From Candidatus Latescibacterota bacterium (GTDB lineage Bacteria; Latescibacterota; UBA2968; GCA-2709665): a DNA stretch of 64,000 nt. This document shows, one piece after another, positions 19,589 through 31,342 of the stretch. The notes under the pieces are model-generated. The model was not told the DNA's origin. It made no database searches and worked only from the letters and a program-made list of their open reading frames with translations. The position numbers and the translations under genes were made by a program. The DNA is taken from contig OZ244937.1 in the NCBI GenBank assembly GCA_965222075.1, forward strand, positions 4,000,001-4,064,000, given 5' to 3'. The number at the start of each line of letters is the position of its first letter. Position 1 is the first letter of the stretch.

Positions 19589-21275
19589 CCAGCCCCGGCA
19601 GCAGAACGTCTCTCACCCAGCCATTGTCAGGGTTCACTTCGAGCGCTTTGGCAAAAGCTTCCCTTGCTCCGTCGACATCGTCCTCCCCTTGCCGAATGAT
19701 TCCGAGCCAGGCGTAGACTTCGTCGTGGCCCCAGGAGGGCAGACGGGGATCGCCGACCTCCTGTTTTGAGAATAGCTCAGCAACTCGTTCGAGCTTCTCA
19801 ATGGCCCGTTGCCTGTCTCCTCCCCACATTGGGGGGGTATGATAGTCGCTCATACCATCGAGAAAGACGACCCGGGGATTATCACCCTCTATCCGCTTGG
19901 CCTTTTCAAGAACGCTCTTTGCTTGAGGCCCCAGCACCATGCCCAGGTGAGGCTTTAATCCTATTTTGTGTCCATAGACACTGGCCAGAAGGGCGTGAGC
20001 GTCACTGAAGCTGTCTTCCAACTCAATCGCCTTCTTGAGGTGATCGATAGCCTGGTCGATGCATGCCAGACGTGTGGTCTTATCGTTGGACTGAGCATTG
20101 AATAGTGTGGCCAGGCGGTATTCGGACAACCCAAGATAGTACAAAGCAAATGCCTCGTGCTCCCCATTCTGTCTGACACGTTCAAAGAGCTTCTGCGCTT
20201 CATATATCTTATCAATATCCGATTCATTTATCCCCGCCTGGAGCAGATCTTTCCCTTGAATTAAGAGAGAATCAGACCCTTGCTTCTTTTCAAGATGCCC
20301 GTGGCTGTAGCGCATATATCGCCTTCCTGTGGCTAACAGGTACACATCTTCAAGATCGGCGGATCGTACGGCGAACTGTTTTACCCCAAGGTCTCTCACC
20401 CGCTTCACTACCGACTCTTCGAAGCCCTCACCATTGCCATACACGCAGGTCCTCCGGGAGCTTAAATCGACATGCGTCACCCCAGGACAATCCTCCAGGG
20501 CTTCGGGACTGACCTCGGCATTTATCTCTACTTTCAGGTCTAACTGAAACCTCTCGAGAAGCTGTTGCACCGATCCCGAGGCAATAATCCGGCCGCTATT
20601 CATAACGCAGATCACATCGCTTTGCTGTTGCGCTTCCTGCATGTTGTGGGTCGTCATAACAATGGTAAGACCTTGACGGCGGTACTGGTCCAGGATCTCC
20701 CACAGTTCCCGGCGCAAATGCGGGTCCAGGTTGCTCGCCGGCTCATCCAGGATCAAGAGCGCAGGATTGCCCACCAGTGCAATGGCAATGAGAAGTCTTC
20801 GCCTTTCCCCTCCCGACAGGTCTTTGTAGGCCGTTTTCTGCTGTCGCTGCAACTCGAATACATTGAGTAACTCACCGGGATCAACAGGATTTTCGTACAT
20901 GCTCGCATATAGCCGCAAAGCCTCATTGACCCGAATATCAGCATAAAGGGAATCCTCCTGAAACTGGATGCCAATCCGACGCAGCAGATCCTTGCGACGC
21001 AGCAGATTATGGGCGAGTTCGCCAAATAAGAACACATCTCCGAGGTCGGGCTTTTTCAATCCAACGACACAATCTATGATGGACGTCTTACCGGCGCCGT
21101 TGGGACCAACCAGGCAGAAAACCTGCTGTGGGTATACGGCAAAACTGACGTCACTGACGGCGACGAGTTTGCCGTAGGTCTTGCGCAGTGATTTCACTTC
21201 TAAGACGGGCGATATCTGATCTCTACAGCCGTCGTCTGAGCCCAAAGTGCTCCGGGTGGGTGGTGTTGAGGTCAT
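19578..21275 (-). CDS. ABC-2 type ATPase fused to a C-terminal TPR domain
   Basis: GPNGAGKT, LSGGERRR, LDEP, LEDVYL, then a TPR region paralogous to 16517-17290. Confidence 0.85.
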   Translation of the reverse strand: MTSTPPTRSTLGSDDGCRDQISPVLEVKSLRKTYGKLVAVSDVSFAVYPQQVFCLVGPNGAGKTSIIDCVVGLKKPDLGDVFLFGELAHNLLRRKDLLRRIGIQFQEDSLYADIRVNEALRLYASMYENPVDPGELLNVFELQRQQKTAYKDLSGGERRRLLIAIALVGNPALLILDEPASNLDPHLRRELWEILDQYRRQGLTIVMTTHNMQEAQQQSDVICVMNSGRIIASGSVQQLLERFQLDLKVEINAEVSPEALEDCPGVTHVDLSSRRTCVYGNGEGFEESVVKRVRDLGVKQFAVRSADLEDVYLLATGRRYMRYSHGHLEKKQGSDSLLIQGKDLLQAGINESDIDKIYEAQKLFERVRQNGEHEAFALYYLGLSEYRLATLFNAQSNDKTTRLACIDQAIDHLKKAIELEDSFSDAHALLASVYGHKIGLKPHLGMVLGPQAKSVLEKAKRIEGDNPRVVFLDGMSDYHTPPMWGGDRQRAIEKLERVAELFSKQEVGDPRLPSWGHDEVYAWLGIIRQGEDDVDGAREAFAKALEVNPDNGWVRDVLLPGLDGG

Positions 21276-21277
21276 TT

Positions 21278-22051
21278 CTATACCTCCCACCTGAATGTTC
21301 TTAAGGAAACCAGGTATGCCAGTACAGTAATTCCCGCAAGAAACAGCAATGAGTTCACATGCTGAGAGACCGGGTCTCCGAGCCAGATACCGGAGAAGGT
21401 CTCTACGACATGGGTCAAAGGAGAAGCGTTGCTCAACTTCTGCAACCATTCCGGAAACAATTGCCGAGGAAAAGTAGCCCCTGATATAAAAAACATGGTG
21501 AGAAACAGAAATTTGCCCAACGCCTGGATGCTTCTTGGGGATTTAGATAGCCCACTTACAAAGAAGCCCAGAGCGAAAAAGCACGCGGTACAGACTACAG
21601 CTACGAACAGAACAGGAGCCCAATGCCCACGAAAATTGATATCAAAGACACATTCTGCTACAACAGCCAGGATCAATGAAGATATCACTAAAACGACAAA
21701 TTGGACCGCAGCGTGGGCACAAAGATAGCTCCCAAGTGAGACGGGGCTTACGACGTAACGCTTTAGAACGCCAATCTGACGGTAGGAAGCCAGAAAGTGG
21801 GTTAGATTGACAAGGCCGGCTTGTCCAACGTATGCTGCCATTAGCGCAGGTGCATAAAAATCCATATAGCGCAGGTCAGAGTGGTCCCACAGAGGAGAGT
21901 CCCCAAAAAGAGAACCGAATAATAGAAAGAGCAGTACAGGGAAAACGAAGGTAAAGAAGGCTGCTACCGGTTGACGAAGGAACAATTTGCTCTCTATAAC
22001 CCACAGCGTAAAGAAGCTGCGAAACCATACGCTTCTACCAGAAGATGCCAT
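21278..22051 (-). CDS. ABC-2 type permease
   Basis: KLFLRQP.AAFFTFVFP, FISGATFP..LFPEWLQ..PLTH. Confidence 0.9.
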   Translation of the reverse strand: MASSGRSVWFRSFFTLWVIESKLFLRQPVAAFFTFVFPVLLFLLFGSLFGDSPLWDHSDLRYMDFYAPALMAAYVGQAGLVNLTHFLASYRQIGVLKRYVVSPVSLGSYLCAHAAVQFVVLVISSLILAVVAECVFDINFRGHWAPVLFVAVVCTACFFALGFFVSGLSKSPRSIQALGKFLFLTMFFISGATFPRQLFPEWLQKLSNASPLTHVVETFSGIWLGDPVSQHVNSLLFLAGITVLAYLVSLRTFRWEV

Positions 22052-22184
22052 CTTAGCCAGAATCCTATTGGGGCACCCATGATGATGAAAATAGTTGCAT
22101 TAACAGACTTGTACTGTAACGTCCGCCGTCCGTACACGCCCTCTCACGCGTTTCGCCTCTGCGATCCCACCACCACCACGCCTG

Positions 22185-22211
22185 CCTGTCTGCGTGCGAC
22201 GCACAGGCAGG
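22185..22211. repeat. CCTG-ended mini-palindrome (27 bp)
   Basis: CCTGTCTGCGTGCGACGCACAGGCAGG. Confidence 0.9.
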
Positions 22212-22389
22212 CGGGCTGGCGCCCCTAACTTGCCGACTCCCCCGGGTTGGTGTGGGGTGAAGGGGCTTTTCCGCGCAGATCCCCCCAGCACCTGCGCCCA
22301 AAAACGCCCAAAAGGTCCGCAGGGCACAAACGCCTGCTTACACCACAGGCGCAGTTCGCGGAAAAGCAGCCCCCGCGGCGTTTGAGCGG

Positions 22390-22422
22390 CCTGCCTGCAG
22401 CGCGGTGCGCCGCGCAGGCAGG
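22390..22422. repeat. CCTG-ended mini-palindrome (33 bp)
   Basis: CCTGCCTGCAGCGCGGTGCGCCGCGCAGGCAGG. Confidence 0.9.
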
Positions 22423-22749
22423 CGCCCTTCTTTTTCGGCCTTTTTCTTGGGCGAACCAGTAGTTTCCGGTTAGGATTTTGCAGAGGGGAGACAGCGAGGT
22501 CACAGAAGGCTTGATAAAAGGCGCTCTCCATGAAAGATTAGAGTTGTCAGTAAAAGACTCTACCCTTTCAAAGGAGGTGCCCATGTCGATCCTGTCCTGT
22601 TCCCCACTGTCTCCCATGGTAGAAGAAAAAGGATTTCCTAAAGGATCGCCAACATTTTCTGTCCTGCTTGGGCCTTTGGAAGCTTGCTTACCTTATCTGA
22701 CTCCGTTGGAATCAGGTAGCAACAAGCCGTTGACTTACACGTTTGCGCA

Positions 22750-22778
22750 CCTGTCTGCGTAAGGAACGCACAGGCAGG
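22750..22778. repeat. CCTG-ended mini-palindrome (29 bp)
   Basis: CCTGTCTGCGTAAGGAACGCACAGGCAGG; removal restores ..FAHQIRGL.. Confidence 0.92.
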
Positions 22779-22821
22779 TCAAATTCGGGGCTTAGTGTAT
22801 TATCATACAGAGACTTGCACG

Positions 22822-22854
22822 CCTGCCTGCCGCGCCGAACGCGGCGCAGGCAGG
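22822..22854. repeat. CCTG-ended mini-palindrome (33 bp)
   Basis: CCTGCCTGCCGCGCCGAACGCGGCGCAGGCAGG; removal restores ..ETCTSAQD.. Confidence 0.92.
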
Positions 22855-22889
22855 TCTGCTCAGGATCTGCTTTTCGCGGCAAGATGTGA

Positions 22890-22916
22890 CCTGTCTGCGT
22901 GCAACGCACAGGCAGG
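22890..22916. repeat. CCTG-ended mini-palindrome (27 bp)
   Basis: CCTGTCTGCGTGCAACGCACAGGCAGG. Confidence 0.92.
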
Positions 22917-23021
22917 TGGGTTTGTGAACCGATTGCTGGTGCCCCCATCAGGTCTTGGTAAGAGCACTTTTTATGAAGCCAATGCCAGTCGGGGCAGCAC
23001 TCAGATGATCGAGTTGGTGGA

Positions 23022-23048
23022 CCTGTCTGCGTGCAACGCACAGGCAGG
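23022..23048. repeat. CCTG-ended mini-palindrome (27 bp)
   Basis: Identical to 22890-22916. Confidence 0.92.
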
Positions 23049-23657
23049 TCGACTTTCTAAGAAAGCCGCCAAATGCGTAGGCCGCTCTTACGCTGAGCTT
23101 GGCCATTTGGTGGTCATCGACGGGAGCCTGATTGGTGCGTGTTTGTCCATGACCTGGGCAGACGTATCTTGGAGATGTGCGCAAGGCCAAGATGCACTTA
23201 GGCTTGGATCTTTCCGGCTCGATTCCAAGAAAGATGATCCTGACCGAAGGGAGAGGCGCGGAAAGACCGTTTGTCTCTCATCTTCTAAAAGAAGGTGAAA
23301 CCGGCGTTCTGGATCGGGGCTACCAGGACCATCAGCGGTTTGATGCCTGGATTGCAGAAGGCAAGCACATAGTGGTGCGCTTGAAGAAGAACACCAAATG
23401 GGAAGTCATAGAAGCCCTACCATTTGAAAAAGGCACATCTATCTTCTTTTTTTCCAAAGTCTTACTGGGTGATCCCGTGCACAGGATGACCCATCCAGTC
23501 TACCTAATAGGCTTCGAAAGTCGAGGCAAAACATACTGGATCGCTACCGACAGAGAGGACCTGACCGCAGAGCAAATCGCCTTCATTTTCTCGCTTAGAT
23601 GGCAAGTTGAAACCTTCTTCGCCTGGTGGAAAAAGCACCTCAAGGTCTATCATCTCA

Positions 23658-23711
23658 CCTGCCTGTGCGTTGCACGCTTGCCTGCGCGCAGCGCGCAAGC
23701 AGGCAGACAGG
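23658..23711. repeat. Nested mini-palindromes (27 bp outer + 27 bp inner at 23677-23703)
   Basis: Outer is the exact reverse complement of the 22890 copy; inner CTTGCCTGCGCGCAGCGCGCAAGCAGG; removal restores ..YHLISRNPHG.. Confidence 0.92.
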
Positions 23712-23900
23712 TCTCCAGAAACCCTCACGGTGTCCTGGTGCAATTGCTTTCTGGACTGATCACTTATCTTCTGTTGGTGATCTATTTCCATCAACGCTAT
23801 GGACAACGGCCTTGTGTGAAATATCTGCGACAGTTGAGATGGGATATCCGACATGAAACCCAGCCACCGACCCTTGTGCATATCTACCTGGTGATACAGA

Positions 23901-23929
23901 CCTGCCTGCGCCGCAGCGCGGCAGGCAGG
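23901..23929. repeat. CCTG-ended mini-palindrome (29 bp)
   Basis: CCTGCCTGCGCCGCAGCGCGGCAGGCAGG; removal runs the frame to the TAA inside the right TIR. Confidence 0.9.
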
Positions 23930-24023
23930 CAGATACGCGGTTATCTCCACTGATTTTCCTATGGCTTTTGAACCCAGCAATTTTCTAACCGGAAATTGCT
24001 GGGGCGAACAAGAAAAAGGCCAA

Positions 24024-24052
24024 GAGTAAAAGAAAGGTTATTTTCTAAGCAG
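24024..24052. repeat. 29-bp dispersed repeat, copy 1
   Basis: GAGTAAAAGAAAGGTTATTTTCTAAGCAG, 28/29 to 31725-31753. Confidence 0.9.
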
Positions 24053-24091
24053 TTTCTCACACCCACCCTATTTCCGAGCCTCCCTCTGCAT

Positions 24092-24499
24092 TCAGAGCCT
24101 GGCACCCCGGATCACCGTCTGCAGGGCGTCAAGGTGGGTCCGCAAGGCCGTCCTGCCCTTCTCCGTGAGGCTGTACCAGCTCACCGGCTTGCGATTTTCA
24201 AACTGCTTGGACACACCCACGTACCCGGCATCCTCCAGTTTACGCAGGTGCGCTCCCATATTCCCATCCGTCTCCTTGAGAAGCTGCTTCAGGCTGGTAA
24301 ACGACATCGCGTCTGTGTCGGCCAGCAGCACACACACACCGAGCCGGCTGCGGTGTTCCAGCAGCTTGTCCAGCCATGCCAGGCCTTTGGAAGTAACTTC
24401 AGCGGGTTGCGCCATCTTTTCTCTGTCTACACGCTCTCGAATATCGGAGCACGCCAGGCCTTTGGAAGTGACTTCAGCGGGTTGCGGTGGCTTTGTCAT
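24092..24499 (-). CDS. Winged-helix (ArsR/MarR-like) transcriptional regulator
   Basis: RLGVCVLL..SFTSLKQLLKETDGNMGAHLRKLEDAGYV..YSLTEKGR; alternative start 24415. Confidence 0.88.
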   Translation of the reverse strand: MTKPPQPAEVTSKGLACSDIRERVDREKMAQPAEVTSKGLAWLDKLLEHRSRLGVCVLLADTDAMSFTSLKQLLKETDGNMGAHLRKLEDAGYVGVSKQFENRKPVSWYSLTEKGRTALRTHLDALQTVIRGARL

Positions 24500-25058
24500 C
24501 CTTCGGTTTCATCCCTATCGTGCTGGCAACAAGACTGGCGGCCGTGGCCAGGCCGACGGTTGTCCAGGGGTAAGGCTCGATGTAGTCGACGGCGGCCGAT
24601 CCGAGAATGAGCAGGATGCCCGGCCAGAGGGTGCGCCGGTCCAGGTGCAGGCCGCCCAGAAAAAGGACCGCGCCACAGATGAGCGCGAAGAACTGGCTGA
24701 TGACCCAGCCGTCGAACCCGTGAGAGACCGCAATAGAAAGCACAGCAACGCCCGCGACGAAGATACTGCCCCAGTGCAAGGCGTGTTTGGCCCCCAGACG
24801 GCGGCTGAGCACCCCGCGTTCCTTTGCCGACCGGGCGCCGAGCCAGAGGCTGAGCAGGAACCCGAGCAGAGGGGCAACACTCCAGAACAGGGCCGAGGCA
24901 TCCACGTAGAAGTCGTTCAGTCCGTATCCGACGCTGATGATCACGGCCCACACGACGGAAATCCCTACCGAACGATACTGGCCCCGTTCCCGCTGTTCCA
25001 CCGCCTGTCGGACGAACAATACGTCCTCTTCGAGCTTCTGCTTCATATTGGCGTCCAT
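24474..25058 (-). CDS. Multi-pass membrane protein
   Basis: About 6 hydrophobic segments; overlaps the regulator start. Confidence 0.75.
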   Translation of the reverse strand: MDANMKQKLEEDVLFVRQAVEQRERGQYRSVGISVVWAVIISVGYGLNDFYVDASALFWSVAPLLGFLLSLWLGARSAKERGVLSRRLGAKHALHWGSIFVAGVAVLSIAVSHGFDGWVISQFFALICGAVLFLGGLHLDRRTLWPGILLILGSAAVDYIEPYPWTTVGLATAASLVASTIGMKPKDDKATATR

Positions 25059-25122
25059 CGGAACCTCCTTACAAGAATACCTGCGCCCCGTCGCCCTAAA
25101 TGGTTCAAAATATTTTAGAGTT

Positions 25123-25157
25123 CTCTATAAAATAGAGTTAAAAGACACCATTGTCAA
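25123..25157 (-). promoter_or_regulatory. Promoter with overlapping palindromic operator
   Basis: Minus-strand TTGACA-17-TATTTT; CTCTAT-AAA-ATAGAG inverted repeat over the -10. Confidence 0.6.
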
Positions 25158-25331
25158 CCCCTTTTTCTATTTTTTTACAGTAAAGTAAAAACCACCAACT
25201 TTCGTCCGTCGTCCGTCGTCTGCTTTCCCATTGCGCCCATATTCCCTTTATATTATATTGACTTTTCCGTATTTATTGGTGTTCATCAATGGTCATCGGT
25301 GGTTGGTTTTTTTTGCGCATTCGGAGAAGCA

Positions 25332-26639
25332 ATGCCAAATGCAGGCGCAATAGGCGTCGGCCTCCTCGGCATGGGCGTCGTGGGCGGCGGTGTCGTCCGC
25401 CTCCTCCAGGAACGCACTGCCCACTTCCGCGAGGTCCGGGGCGTGGACCTGGCCCTCCGCCGCGTCGCCGTGCGAGACCTTTCCAAGCCCCGGTCCGTGG
25501 AACTCCCCAAAGCCCTCCTCACCGACCGTGCCGAAGATGTGGTGGACGACCCAGAGGTCCAGATTGTCATCGAGGTCATCGGCGGCATCGACCCTGCCGG
25601 CAGCCTCTGCCTGCGTGCGCTCAAGATCGGAAAAGACGTCGTCACCGCCAACAAAGCCCTCCTCGCCGAACAGGGTGGAGACCTCTTCAAGGCCGCGGCG
25701 CAACACAGCGCCCACCTTGCTTTTGAGGCCAGCGTCTGCGGCGGCATCCCCATCATCCGCGCCCTCACCGACGGCCTGGTTGCCAACCGCATCCAGTCCA
25801 TCTACGGCATCCTCAACGGAACCACGAACTACATCCTCACCCGCATGACCGATGAGGGGGGCGGCTTTGAGGAGATGCTCGGCCAGGCCCAGGAGAAAGG
25901 CTACGCCGAAGCCGACCCCACCATGGACATTGACGGCACCGACGCCGCACAAAAGCTCGCCATCCTCTGTCGCATCGCGTTCCGGGTCAACCTTTCCCAC
26001 CAACAAATCCTCAAAGAGGGCATCGCCCACACCTCCCCGCTGGACATCGACTTTGCCCGGGAACTCGGCTACACGATCAAATTGCTGGGCATCGCCAAGG
26101 CGGTCGGAGACCGGATCGAGGCCCGGGTGCACCCCGCCCTGGTCCCCTCCGGCGCCCTCTTAGCCAACATCAAAGACGAGTTCAACGCCGTTGAAATCGT
26201 CGGCAACGCCGTTGGCCCGCAGGTCTTTTATGGTCGGGGCGCCGGGCAGTTGCCCACCGCAAGCGCCGTGGTCTCCGACCTCCTCGACCTGGCCGAACAC
26301 CGCCTCACGGGCCGCACCCCCGGCACTTCCCCCTTAGCCGCCCTCCAGGAGGCCGCACCGATCCCTCCCGGTGAAATCGAAACAAGCTTTTACTGCCGGT
26401 TTACCGTCTACGACCGTCCCGGCGTCCTCGCCCGGATCGCCCGCATTTTCTCAGAAGAACGGATCAGCATCGCCACCGTCATCCAGCACGGGCGGTCGGA
26501 AACAGAAGAGGGCACGGTCCCCCTGATCATGACCACCCACGAGGCCCGGGAAGCCGCCATGCGCCGGGCCGTGGCGAAAATTGACCGCCTGCCCATCATC
26601 ACGGAAAAATCCCGGATCATCCGCATCGAAGAACTGTAA
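25332..26639 (+). CDS. hom: Homoserine dehydrogenase with ACT domain
   Basis: GLLGMGVVG, VVTANKAL, EASVCGGIPII, GILNGTTNYIL, DRPGVLARI. Confidence 0.96.
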   Translation: MPNAGAIGVGLLGMGVVGGGVVRLLQERTAHFREVRGVDLALRRVAVRDLSKPRSVELPKALLTDRAEDVVDDPEVQIVIEVIGGIDPAGSLCLRALKIGKDVVTANKALLAEQGGDLFKAAAQHSAHLAFEASVCGGIPIIRALTDGLVANRIQSIYGILNGTTNYILTRMTDEGGGFEEMLGQAQEKGYAEADPTMDIDGTDAAQKLAILCRIAFRVNLSHQQILKEGIAHTSPLDIDFARELGYTIKLLGIAKAVGDRIEARVHPALVPSGALLANIKDEFNAVEIVGNAVGPQVFYGRGAGQLPTASAVVSDLLDLAEHRLTGRTPGTSPLAALQEAAPIPPGEIETSFYCRFTVYDRPGVLARIARIFSEERISIATVIQHGRSETEEGTVPLIMTTHEAREAAMRRAVAKIDRLPIITEKSRIIRIEEL

Positions 26640-26664
26640 TCCGACAATCCAGGCGGTTGTATGG

Positions 26665-26696
26665 CAACAGAGGGGACCGGACGGTCCCCCCTGTTG
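26665..26696. terminator. Hairpin between convergent hom and gyrA
   Basis: CAACAGAGGGGACCG-GA-CGGTCCCCCCTGTTG. Confidence 0.6.
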
Positions 26697-26729
26697 GGGA
26701 TTTTCCCTGGTATGTCAAACAGCCGGCGC

Positions 26730-29216
26730 CTATCCCGGATGCCCCTCTCCGTTTGGACCTGCTTCTGCCGAAACCCCCTCCCCACCAAACTCTCCGTTCT
26801 GGAGTACCACACGCGCCACGCCAATCATCCGGTCGTTTTCCTCTAAGTTGATCAGCTTCACCCCCTGAGTGTTCCGCCCGATCACACTGATATCCCGAAT
26901 CGGCAGCCGGATCAGGATTCCCTGCTGGGAAATAATCATCAACTCGTCCTCGTCCACCACCTCTTTCACCGCAACCACCTCACCGTTCCGTTCGGTCGTC
27001 TTGATGTTGATCACGCCCTTGCCGGCCCGCTGTGTGAGCCGATAGTCCGAAACCTCTGTCCGCTTGCCAAATCCATTGGCGCAAACCGTAAGCAGCGTCC
27101 CCTCCCGCCCCATCACCACCATCCCCACCACCACGTCATCCTCTCCCAGCGTGACCCCTTTCACGCCCTGGGTGCCCCGGCCCGTATCCCTCACATTCCG
27201 CTCCGGGAACCGGACCGCCTGGCCCTGCTTTGTCGCCAGGATCACATCGTGTGATCCATCAGTAACCGCAGCCTCAATAAGCCGGTCGTCCTCTAAGATA
27301 TTCATCGCAATAATCCCACCCCGCCGCGGCCGGCTGTAGGCCGAAAGCGCCGTCTTTTTCACCAGCCCGTTTTGAGTAACCTGAATCAAGAAATGGTCGT
27401 CGTCAAACTCCCGCACCGGCACGATGGCCGCGACATTGTGCGCCTTATCGATGTCGATCAGATTCACCACCGGGCGGCCCCGGGCGGCCCGGCTTCCCTG
27501 CGGTATCTCGTGCACCTTCAGCCAGTGGCAGTGCCCCCGGTCCGTCAGGAAGAGGATATAGCTGTGCGTGGAAGCAATAAACAGGTGCTCGACGAAGTCC
27601 TCCTCTTTGGGTTTTACCCCGGTCACCCCTCGCCCTCCCCGGCGCTGGCGCCGGTAGGCGCTCACCGGGATCCGCTTGATATACCCGGCGTGGGAAATGG
27701 TGATGACCATGTCCTCTTCGGCAATCAGATCCTCGATGTCGAACTCCGACGCCGAAAACACGACCTCACTCCGCCGCTCGTCCGCATACTGTTCCCTGAC
27801 CTCCTCAAGTTCCGATTTGACCATCTCCATGCGCTTGGGCCGGTTCTCCAGGATCGAACCGAGCCGCTCGATCTCCTGGATCAGTTTTGCATATTCGTCC
27901 TCGATCTTCTGCTGCTCCAGGTTGGTCAGCCGCTGCAGCGTCATCGACAGAATCGCCTGCGCCTGGCGCTCCGAAAGCACAAGCCGGTCCATCAGCGCCT
28001 TCCGTGCACCGGCCGGATTCGCCGACCCCCGGATGATGCCCACCACAAGGTCGATATCATCCAGCGCCGCCTTCAATCCTTCTAAGATATGCGCCCGGGC
28101 TTCGGCCACCCCAAGCTCGAACCGCGTGCGCCGCACCACCACCTCGTGGCGGTGATCGATATAGCATTTGAGCATCTCCTTCAAGTTCAGCTTCTTCGGT
28201 TGGCCGCCCACCAGCGCAATCATATTCGCAGCAAAGGTGCTTTCAAGCTGGGTGTGTTTGTAAAGCTGGTTCAGAACCACCTCCGAATTGGCATCCCGCT
28301 TCAACTCCACAACAATCCGCATGCCGTCCCGGCCGGATTCGTCCCGGATGTTTGAGATCCCGTCAACCTTCTTGTCGCGGACCAGATCCGCCATCTTTTC
28401 CAGCAGATTGGTCTTCACGACCATGTAAGGGATCTCTGTAACCACGATATTCTCTCGCCCGTTCTTCAAACCCTCAACAAAGGCCCGCGCCCGGACCCGG
28501 ATGAGCCCCTTGCCGGTGTGGTAGGCCTCTCTCACACCGCTGATGCCGTAGATAATGCCTCCCGTGGGAAAATCGGGCGCCTTGACCGACTCCATCAGCC
28601 CGTCTACATCTAAGTCCGGATTGTCGATCAGGGCCACCAGCCCGTCGGCCACTTCGGCCAGGTTGTGCGGGGGAATCGCCGTGGCCATAGTCACCGCAAT
28701 GCCCACCGCCCCGTTGCAAAGCAGGTTCGGCATCCGCGCAGGCAGCACGGCCGGTTCTTCCAGCCGCTCGTCGTAATTCGGCCTGAAGTCGACCGTCTCC
28801 TTGTCGATATCCGCCAGCATTTCATAGCCGGCTCCGGCCATCCGGGCTTCGGTGTAGCGCATGGCGGCGGGAGGATACCCATCGATCGATCCGAAGTTTC
28901 CCTGCCCGTCCACGAGCGGGTAGCGCATTTTAAAATTCTGGGCCAGATGTACCAGTGTAGGATAGACAATCGCCTCCCCGTGGGGGTGGTAATTCCCCGA
29001 CGTGTGCCCGGCGATGTTGGCGCACTTTCGATGCTGCCGGTTAGGCGCCAGCCCCAGGTCGTTCATCGCCACCAGAATCCGCCTCTGGGACGGCTTCAGC
29101 CCGTCTCGCACATCGGGCAGCGCCCGGTTGACCAGCGTACTCATCGAGTAGTCCAGCATGGACTTCTTGATCTCGTCCCCAATATCGACCGGAACAATCC
29201 GCTGTCGCTGCATCAT
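26730..29216 (-). CDS. gyrA: DNA gyrase subunit A
   Basis: [24 protein letters not shown], GyrA-box QRRGGRG. Confidence 0.98.
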   Translation of the reverse strand: MMQRQRIVPVDIGDEIKKSMLDYSMSTLVNRALPDVRDGLKPSQRRILVAMNDLGLAPNRQHRKCANIAGHTSGNYHPHGEAIVYPTLVHLAQNFKMRYPLVDGQGNFGSIDGYPPAAMRYTEARMAGAGYEMLADIDKETVDFRPNYDERLEEPAVLPARMPNLLCNGAVGIAVTMATAIPPHNLAEVADGLVALIDNPDLDVDGLMESVKAPDFPTGGIIYGISGVREAYHTGKGLIRVRARAFVEGLKNGRENIVVTEIPYMVVKTNLLEKMADLVRDKKVDGISNIRDESGRDGMRIVVELKRDANSEVVLNQLYKHTQLESTFAANMIALVGGQPKKLNLKEMLKCYIDHRHEVVVRRTRFELGVAEARAHILEGLKAALDDIDLVVGIIRGSANPAGARKALMDRLVLSERQAQAILSMTLQRLTNLEQQKIEDEYAKLIQEIERLGSILENRPKRMEMVKSELEEVREQYADERRSEVVFSASEFDIEDLIAEEDMVITISHAGYIKRIPVSAYRRQRRGGRGVTGVKPKEEDFVEHLFIASTHSYILFLTDRGHCHWLKVHEIPQGSRAARGRPVVNLIDIDKAHNVAAIVPVREFDDDHFLIQVTQNGLVKKTALSAYSRPRRGGIIAMNILEDDRLIEAAVTDGSHDVILATKQGQAVRFPERNVRDTGRGTQGVKGVTLGEDDVVVGMVVMGREGTLLTVCANGFGKRTEVSDYRLTQRAGKGVINIKTTERNGEVVAVKEVVDEDELMIISQQGILIRLPIRDISVIGRNTQGVKLINLEENDRMIGVARVVLQNGEFGGEGVSAEAGPNGEGHPG

Positions 29217-29336
29217 AGCCTGGTCCTTCTCCCTGTTGTACGTTGGAAGCGAACGGGGTGGATGGGATGGGCCTTTTGCCCCCTGCCCTTTCACCTTACA
29301 AACCGTTATTGCTTTCCCTCACACCACCGCTACCGC

Positions 29337-31334
<1,998 letters not shown>

Positions 31335-31342
31335 TTAGATTG

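Larger units (their letters stand above)
22583..23988 (+). pseudogene. IS4 DDE transposase disrupted by 7 palindrome insertions and a frameshift near 23164
   Basis: VIDGSLI, VLDRGY, LRWQVETFFAWWK motifs spread over several frames. Confidence 0.9.
22457..24001 (+). mobile_element. IS4-family insertion sequence (inactive)
   Basis: TIRs CAGTAGTTTCCGGTTA / TAACCGGAAATTGCTG (14/16); 8-bp TSD GGGCGAAC at 22449-22456 and 24002-24009. Confidence 0.92.

Noticed and set aside
22222-22390. Additional IS end (CCCTAACTTGCCGA..)
   Set aside because: Looks like a transposon terminus, but no partner end or TSD could be identified
22750-23048. CRISPR-like array of palindromic 27-33 bp repeats
   Set aside because: Spacing is irregular (43, 35, 105 bp), the repeats vary, the spacers are contiguous transposase codons, and there are no cas genes
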